A stretch of DNA of 30,528 nt, taken from positions 248,001 to 278,528 of the forward strand of contig NW_027191483.1 in the NCBI RefSeq assembly GCF_011745625.1. The letters are read 5' to 3'. Source of the stretch: Cladosporium halotolerans. Its lineage: Eukaryota. The notes under the pieces were generated by a model that searched no databases, was not told the origin of the DNA, and was given only the letters and a program-made list of their open reading frames with translations. Within the stretch, counting starts at the first letter, position 1; each line of letters begins with the position of its first letter. The translations under genes and the position numbers were made by a program. Below, piece by piece: positions 24,901 through 30,528 of this stretch.

Positions 24901-25147
24901 TCTCTTGCTCTTCCAGAACGGCCTGGCTAACACCGTCATCGTACTGATCGTAGCCCTGGGTCTGTAAGACATTGCGCGGCGAACGGTTGGCGGTGTGCGC
25001 AACGATCCTGAAAGCTGCAGGGGAGCATGGGTGGAGAATGCATATCAGGTCGGCGAGGTCTTCGTCGGTCAGGCCGGAGTTGTTACGACCCATCCGCCGT
25101 GGGTCCTGCGCCTGCGACTGTGTGGCTTGCGTCGGTTCCTCCTCCAT
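21953..25147 (-). CDS. RAD53: Rad53/Chk2-family checkpoint Ser/Thr kinase (TQ/SQ N-terminus, FHA, kinase, probable second FHA-like domain), 1064 aa
   Basis: Intronless ORF. N-terminal PTQATQSQ; FHA (FVFGRS..VSNVHFRI..DVSTNGT); kinase GKGAFA, FAAKEL, HRDIKPDN, DFGLSK, TFCGTLLYCAPE; C-terminal TWGRAP..SSAGVFVNG resembles FHA2. Confidence 0.88.
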   Translation of the reverse strand: MEEEPTQATQSQAQDPRRMGRNNSGLTDEDLADLICILHPCSPAAFRIVAHTANRSPRNVLQTQGYDQYDDGVSQAVLEEQETFILQTSSTSAGAAQAMDLGLRFSANVIRPHMGFVFGRSVQACDIVLDTDTVKRVSNVHFRIFLNDSGVLMLEDVSTNGTIVDDVVLRGKAGTQTRMLTGGAIIQIISPNPDEIIKFIVRIPNREDHGEVYKTNVERLLQRMAAAEAEANRQAGGPHFPGRLRPVPGTTQAGPHRVPVTTKRFGMHWSGGDKYNVVGHIGKGAFAMVYQLATKSDGQLFAAKELEKRRFMKNGVLDRKIDNELQIMKAISHPNVVQYVEYQDIGQHLYIIMEFVPCGDLQGYLSNYGALTEPLGKKMSAQVFDALDYLHRKKITHRDIKPDNILLADLESSNFTIKLSDFGLSKVVSNDETFLKTFCGTLLYCAPEVFPQYDTHSPRHGKKRGWRGNSTVPKKFHSYSQSVDIWSYGAVLWFSLCLEPPFEGVADANGDGMFNKIMKTPLDTNQLLRKGISQDAINLMLEMLNTDPGGRPSPVYCLSHSWFGGDTSAVAGAAQSFAEGGLHVIAEEHEGVGQSKFANLSLDERDAASQSQNSELDIHSGDYKFFDPRKSKRFKSEVFAYRNPDGSPIASSPELMFDAMPIANQANNSQGPTSAANPKLFGEISESALQSSGALGAMPETTSFQSSAQSQGSSNGDNFREDNLKGNVASPSLLGAESLVREMHMDSRHHSASHATENTLRPKTPRSPPRPQSKKSNPFSPSQITPRAPNQSTFSRQIRLEMSPSLFYKPDDPSTHNIEYASKVSGYDFAAEARNPPSNGSTTRDTTQDSATDQDDDNYYTDSTNDEPKPQNGRHPTPPTEHSQHPLEPPAEFLKPPPRVGKLASTPDSHTPKGPICLNLNCRLTTWGRAPSNTQVYPDPTDTRVGKRALLLWFHAKGIDKVPEGDDSWTQLPDLHCVIATESSAGVFVNGVHLKRGDDGKRLFGRVYSGDEIAVWKEPGKALKFSCEFYQGEGKDARPSGAPRFNIETESSGWKGKGKERAAE

Positions 25148-26151
25148 GGTCGCACAAGTATATCGAAAGGTACGAAGGCGGGACTAGCTAAGGTCTCGGC
25201 AACAGGCAGCGAAGCGCCTCGAATAGCGACATGCAGCAGGGTTTGGCCGGACAACCACACTATCGCCAGTCGACAGGTTCGAAGTGGCAAATGCGATAGT
25301 CCTGCTGAAGGGCGCAGTAGCTTTATATACAATATCCGTCCATGCAAACGAAAGCAGCTCTTGTGTTTTCAGTGTTGGCGAATCACCGGTCTCAACACAG
25401 GCCCTGGCCTGCTTTGACTTCACTTAGGCCAGGGCAGAAAGTACAAGTGTGGCCTGAATAATCGAAGGGGAAGGCCTTTCAAGCAAATCGCTAGGTTCGG
25501 AGGGCGGTCGGAGGGCACGCTGGGACGGGAGGATGTGAGTCTTATTAAGGCGGACGATCTCGATACTAGGCAGCAACCTGCTCAGACCGGTCCACTTGCA
25601 CAACGTCCGCGGGACACTGTTGTATCCCTAAGCGGTGATTGTGACCCCAACGGCAAGGGAGTGTGGATGATGATGAAAAATCGAAAAATGATCAAGAGAG
25701 CACTGAGGCCATTGAAATGCAGCTGTGACTTGGAAGTTCGAGGAACGTGACGACGCGACTTAGCGCGCTTTTTCGCGAGATCCACTTTCAAGAGACCCAG
25801 GTTCACGCTTTATCTCCGAGCCGGTGATAGTAGTGATCGGGGTGGGATTTCAGTATGGTGATCGAATCAATGCATACACTCGTAAAGCTCTCTTTTACTC
25901 TCAATATGCAAATGCGCTGACTGAAGCCCATTCATGCAACGCGCAAACCATGCCATCGTCTCCAACACCTTCGGTCATCCAGCCAATCTCGCTGCGCCTC
26001 TTATCCTACGGCAATCTGAGCATTCTATCCGATCAAATAATGAGTTCAAGAATTACCACAACCCTCTGCGGCCGACTGACCCGCGACACTCTCTTACTGC
26101 TCCTTTCCATCAATTCTCAACCAGTCTCTTCTTCTTCGACGGCGAACCTTC

Positions 26152-27850
26152 CTAACGATCCGCGCCAGAGCCAGCCTGCGCACGCCGGCCCCTCATACTG
26201 GTTCTCCTCTCAGCTTCAACCTCAGGATCGCTGTCGTCTCCGAAACCCCAAGTGCGGCCCGAAGCCTTACGACCGCCCATGCCGTCGCCAGCAGTGACGT
26301 AGATCTTCTTCTGTTCCTCGCCCAGAATCGGGTTGTAATCGCCCTTGCGCCCACCCATGCCGTCGCCCGCAGTGTTGTAGATCTTCTTGTCGGTCTCGCC
26401 GATGATGGGGTTGAAGGCGCCCTTGCGCCCGCCCATACCGTCGCCGGCTGTGTTGTAAATCTTCCTGGGCTTGGGAGGCGAGTCGGCTGTAGACCAGGAG
26501 GGCTCGAGCTCGCCGCGCGCGGACTGGCGCGGAGGTCGGATGTTCTCCTTCACGCTGGCGGGAGAGGCATCGGTGAATTCGTGCTTCGAAGCAAAGTCGT
26601 TGCCGCGGCGGGCGGCGTCCACGTTAGTGGTTGTTGGGCGCATCTTCATTGCACCAGCGGGAGAGTCGTCCGCAATTTCGTAGTGCTTCTCGTGGTCTTT
26701 GCGCGGAGGATGAACGATGTTACGTTTAGGTGGGGACTGAGGGTCGTCCTGGTGAGTGTCGTCAGAAAGGGTTCAGGGAGAGGCGAATATCTCTGGAACT
26801 TACCTCATCTACGCCAGCGCCCCAGTGACGCTCAAAGTCGGGCTTGTTCTTCTCGTTGACCTTCGGCGGTGTGGCAAAGTCCTCGAAGCTGAAGGTGGCT
26901 TGAGATTTGCGGTTGTCTTTGCCGCTGTTCGGGCGCGAGTCTTTAGGAGCATCCTCGCCGTTGCCGAAAGCAAAGTGGTCGTACTTTTGCTGGTAGGTCT
27001 TCTTGCCCACTGGGGTGCTGTGAGAGTCGTGGTCGTTCTCGTCAAACAAACGATTGCCGGAAACATATTTGCCAGCACCGCCTTTGACGGCGCGACCGTC
27101 GATCTTGGCCGGGCTCGTACTACGGTGGGAAGAGGCAGAGGTCTCCTCACCAACGAAAAGATCGCCGTAGTCTCGTGGCGCCGGCTTCGCCGATGGACGC
27201 GGCGCAACAGTGGGCCCATTGTATGCGCTGCCGGAATCTTCGTTGGGATCGCGAGGCGCGAAAAGCGCGAGGCTGGCGTGCGGGTCGCGTGTCGCGCTCA
27301 CGCTTTCGTCGCGCTTGTGGTGATTCGCGACAACATTGTGCTGCCCGCGCGCAGCCGAGCCGTTGCTCGCCTGGCCGGTCGCATTGACGCTAGCCTTGAC
27401 GGCTTCAATCAACTTCTTGCCCTCTCTGATCGGCCAGTTGCGGCCTGTGCGACCGATAGCCTCGACCTGCTTCAGCAAAGTGCCCTGGTCCCAGTACAAG
27501 CGGATTTGGCTGATCTTGCCGCCTGCGTCGAAGCTGACCGCGTGGATCAGGGGAAAGGTGACAATGCACTCGTCGATGACATTCTCGTCCATGCCAGGGA
27601 GAAATGCGCCGCCGCCATTCTTGAACTGAAGCGTGGTATCGGTCTCAAGGCAGAGTCCGTTCGCGCCCTCGATCGCATTCAGAATGTTCTCTTCCTTTTT
27701 GACAACCTGTCTTCCCTGGCTCTGAAGATGTTTGAGAATTGCGGTGGGCTCGCTGATCGTAGTGGTGGTCGTGATGTAGTTGATGGATGCATTTGGCGCA
27801 AGTACCGAGGTGCTGGGCGAAGCGAGGAAAGACTGATATGTTGCCGCCAT
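26152..27850 (-). CDS. Fungal protein with N-terminal NTF2-like domain and C-terminal TAGDGMGGRK repeats, 547 aa
   Basis: Exons 27850-26804 and 26748-26152; 55-nt intron GTAAGT..CTGAC..ACCAG joins the two ORFs in frame. The segment HAVSFDAGGKISQIRLYWDQGTLLKQV resembles the C-terminal strands of SnoaL/NTF2 folds (recognition by eye). Confidence 0.8.
26266..26463 (-). repeat. Coding tandem repeat, 78-nt (26-aa) period, about 2.5 copies
   Basis: KIYNTAGDGMGGRKGAFNPIIGETDK / KIYNTAGDGMGGRKGDYNPILGEEQK / KIYVTAGDGMGGRK; unit starts at 26463, 26385 and 26307. Confidence 0.95.
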
Positions 27851-28802
27851 TTCCGCTGATGGCGCAATCTCTGCGCGGGGTATGTGTTGTTCGTGGTCGG
27901 TGCGGTCACCGAGAGACGGTTGTTATGTTGGCAGTGTTGGTGTTGGAGGATGCGATGTGCGGACAGGGAAGAAGGCGTGAAGACGGACAGCACTCAGGCC
28001 TCTGAGTCGGGTCGCGTAGGTGACACAGGGGCAGGCGCGAAGCTGCAGTAAACACAGTAAACACTCCGCAGGGCGGAAGGCGCGAGCCATGGGACTGAAA
28101 CAAGCTAAAAGTCAATAAGGTGTGTCGCCCCGCAGCGGACCCTGTCTCGCCGGCAGGGCTGCCGCGCTAGTACTTCACCTATGACCCTGCGCTCGACCTT
28201 ATCATTTCTTCACCAACACCACGACATGCACTGACCACAGCCCCAGTGACCGCACTCGATTGTGAGTGAATTTGTCAGCTGAGTACTATACTGTAATTCG
28301 AACATCGTGCCAGCTCCTACATTTCGAGCCATAGACGTCTTGAGGGACATTCGAATACTGGGTGCATTGCCCACCGGTGTCTTGCTCTGAACGATGCGCG
28401 AGACAAGTAGGGTTATCGCGACCCTCTCATGAGTTCCCACGTTTTAGATTCGAGGTCATCTGCTTTGTTCTCGAATAATGCCACGGAGCACTCGCGATGA
28501 CGCCCGTGTATCTTCACGGACCGAGCGGGAAGAGTCGGCACAAGCTTCACTGCATCGAACATACCATTCACACACGCAGCGATATTCACAAGCATACTAC
28601 CCATGACCATGCGGCAGTATCCGGGCCTTTGACAGTCACTATTAATGTCCTTCTCGCGCAAGCATAAATATCTTAGGATTTGCTCTCGAGTCTTTGTTTG
28701 TTCCCAAACTCCTCATTCAAGAGCATCCACTTGCAACAATTGCATTGTCAAATTCCTATTCAGCACTATCTTTGACCGACTCCAGGACCACTTGCATTGA
28801 CC

Positions 28803-29471
28803 ATGGCAGTCGCTATGAAGTACATCGCCCTCGAAGGACTGAAACTCAACCGTTCCAACATGGAGTCCAGCAACGCGAAGCACCAGAATACTCCGCTGGA
28901 ACACCCCACCGAGGATCTATCTGTAAAGAACCAAGTCTCAGCATCAATGTCCCCACGCAATGGTGAGGGGAACAGCCTCCTCAGCCGGCTGGAAGCCTAC
29001 CGCACCGCATATCTTGCCCTCACGCCTGCGGATAACTTCGACACCGCCCTCTACAAATCCGTAAACATTGTCTCCGGCACCACACACCCGAGTGGCACCT
29101 CTGGTACTGCAATATTCCGCATCGCATTCCCAGCACAGTACTGCAACAAGTTTGGCACGGTTCACGGTGGCGCCATCGCCACGATCCTCGACGGTGTTGC
29201 CCAGTGCTCGACTGCGGTTGTCGACAACAACTTTAAGGAGGTTGCGTCTGCGACGTTCAAGGGCAAGGGTGGAGTAGGCGCGACGAAGGCGCTGCAGGTC
29301 GGCTATCTCAGACCCATCACGCTCGGCGAGCAGGTCATCATCCTATGCGAGGTGCTTAAGTCAGGACCCCAGGGAGCGGTCATTCGCGGCATCATGAAGC
29401 GCGAGTCAGACGGAGAGGTTCTCGCAATCTGCGCGATGGACAAGGAAGGCTGTGAGAAAGCGAAATTGTGA
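28803..29471 (+). CDS. PaaI/ACOT13-like hotdog-fold acyl-CoA thioesterase with C-terminal PTS1 (-AKL)
   Basis: Motif YCNKFGTVHGGAIATILD, followed by LQVGYLRPITLGEQV; ends EKAKL*. Start uncertain (in-frame ATGs at 28803, 28815, 28860, 28947). Confidence 0.82.
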   Translation: MAVAMKYIALEGLKLNRSNMESSNAKHQNTPLEHPTEDLSVKNQVSASMSPRNGEGNSLLSRLEAYRTAYLALTPADNFDTALYKSVNIVSGTTHPSGTSGTAIFRIAFPAQYCNKFGTVHGGAIATILDGVAQCSTAVVDNNFKEVASATFKGKGGVGATKALQVGYLRPITLGEQVIILCEVLKSGPQGAVIRGIMKRESDGEVLAICAMDKEGCEKAKL

Positions 29472-30043
29472 GCTCTGGAACTCATCGATCGACATTGTCT
29501 GGGAGCGCTGTGGATGAATCATGACTACCCAGCTTTGGGGAGAACGAATCCCCCAGCAGCGCATCTGCTATGGTTGCCCCAACTGTCGCGCGCACACGGG
29601 TGCTTAGGTTGAAGCGAGGCACTCCTCGAAAAGCTTCCTTTGGTGGACAAGCAACGCTTGCGTTCCTCCGCCCACAAAGTCGACTTCTTTAGCGGGGATA
29701 CAGCTACACCTTTTTGTCTGTAGATTACAATTAACAAGAATGAAGTGACTTTCCTTGTCTCGTTATCACTTGTGTGACATGTCCCAATAGCTCGGAGAAT
29801 AACAGTTTGACCACACTTGCATGACTAGCCCGCACAAGAATTTTTCATTTTCTACCCCGTCAACTATTAGCTAGACTCAGGTTCGCATTAAAATGATCGT
29901 TGAGCAATGAAATCACGGCGTTCGAATGAGTGAGACGAAATTATGAGAAATTGAGGCCTGGAACCGCATTGCATTGACGTTACACACTTCCTAGCATTTC
30001 GCCATTTTGTTCGATCAGCACGGCGCTTGAATTTTGGGTTGCC

Positions 30044-30266
30044 GAAGATGGAGACCACCTACGGCGTTTTGTAACTGAAGATGGAGACCACCAAACAGTG
30101 AGATTAGGCTTACGGCCGAAGATGGAGGACCACCAACGGTGCTTTTGGTTTTTTAAACTGAAGATGGAGACCACCAAACAGTGAGATTAGGCTTGCGGCC
30201 GACCACCAACGGTGCTTTTGGTTTTCTAAACTGAGGGTGGAGACCACCAACAGTGCGTTTGTGGTT
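30044..30266. repeat. Non-coding tandem array of core GAAGATGGAGACCACC with alternating spacers (6 units)
   Basis: Unit starts 30044, 30077, 30118, 30160, 30201 (core truncated to GACCACC) and 30233 (GAGGGTGGAGACCACC). Spacings 33/41/42/41/32 nt. Confidence 0.93.
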
Positions 30267-30429
30267 GAATGCCAGCGGGGGATTTTTCCATGTGACCGCG
30301 ACCGCGCAAGATCTACTTCTTTGCTTCCGCTTCCGCTTCAGCGTCCATATGCAAAGCTTGAAGATCTCCTTGAAGAATAAGCCGGCTGTTGAATCGAGCC
30401 GGCGAGCCAAAACCAAGCGACTTGTCGTC

Positions 30430-30528
30430 CAGAGGTGTGCACAATCAATTTTTTACTTGACAACTTGATTGATTGATTGTTGACTAAGCAATCAATCAAG
30501 TTGCACCTCATGACCAATCAATCAATTC
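30430..30528. mobile_element. Probable DNA-transposon terminus/subterminal region continuing beyond the window
   Basis: Abrupt shift to AT-rich sequence starting CAGAGGTGTGCAC. Clustered CAAT/ATTG tetramers in both orientations. Perfect 15-bp inverted repeat CAACTTGATTGATTG (30461-30475) / CAATCAATCAAGTTG (30489-30503). No transposase in the window. Confidence 0.4.

Noticed and set aside
25665..25710. Box C/D snoRNA (ATGATGA ... CTGA)
   Set aside because: No terminal stem or convincing final D box, and the putative guide only loosely resembles rRNA complementarity. A short (GAT)n run explains the C-like box.
26756..27859. 367-aa plus-strand ORF
   Set aside because: Antisense shadow of the NTF2-like gene's exon 1 with no recognisable motifs. 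The same applies to 17624-18598 (anti-STT3), 23546-24490 (anti-kinase), 13449-14126 (anti-PEX5), 6754-7734 (anti-MAPK) and 799-1500 (anti-C2 gene).
30044..30266. CRISPR array
   Set aside because: Spacers recur (A/B alternation) rather than being unique, the core is short and variable, there are no cas genes, and the context is a eukaryotic intron-containing genome.
30313..30429. Minus-strand 38-codon frame (DDKSLGFGSPARFNSRLILQGDLQALHMDAEAEAEAKK*) as a gene remnant cut by the insertion
   Set aside because: Too short, no recognisable homology, and an overlapping frame (30153-30416) is equally open. It cannot be supported without a database search.

Overview
Gene-dense eukaryotic DNA from a filamentous ascomycete (Pezizomycotina, probably a Dothideomycete; this is inference from gene content and short GT-AG introns with CTRAC branch sites). 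Left to right it holds: a C2-domain Inn1/Fic1-like gene (3' end off the left edge), a fatty/apocarotenoid aldehyde dehydrogenase, the cell-wall-integrity MAP kinase (Slt2/MpkA), a coiled-coil + TM hypothetical protein, tRNA-Arg(ACG), ATG22, PEX5, a 2-RRM protein with a probable mitochondrial presequence, STT3, an Mtr-like amino acid permease, a Rad53-like FHA-kinase, an NTF2-like repeat protein and a PTS1-bearing hotdog thioesterase. The last ~500 bp change character: a non-coding array of a 16-bp core with alternating spacers, then a probable DNA-transposon terminus with a perfect 15-bp inverted repeat. Most notable observations: (i) that array and terminus; (ii) a start codon split by an intron (AT|G; unspliced reads ATG-TAA); (iii) a long structured permease intron with a second branch site and acceptor leading straight to a stop; (iv) recurrent C/A-rich -> GC-rich -> G/T-rich compositional switch domains independent of gene orientation. 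No novel multi-gene system is demonstrable from sequence alone. All exon boundaries were derived by hand.
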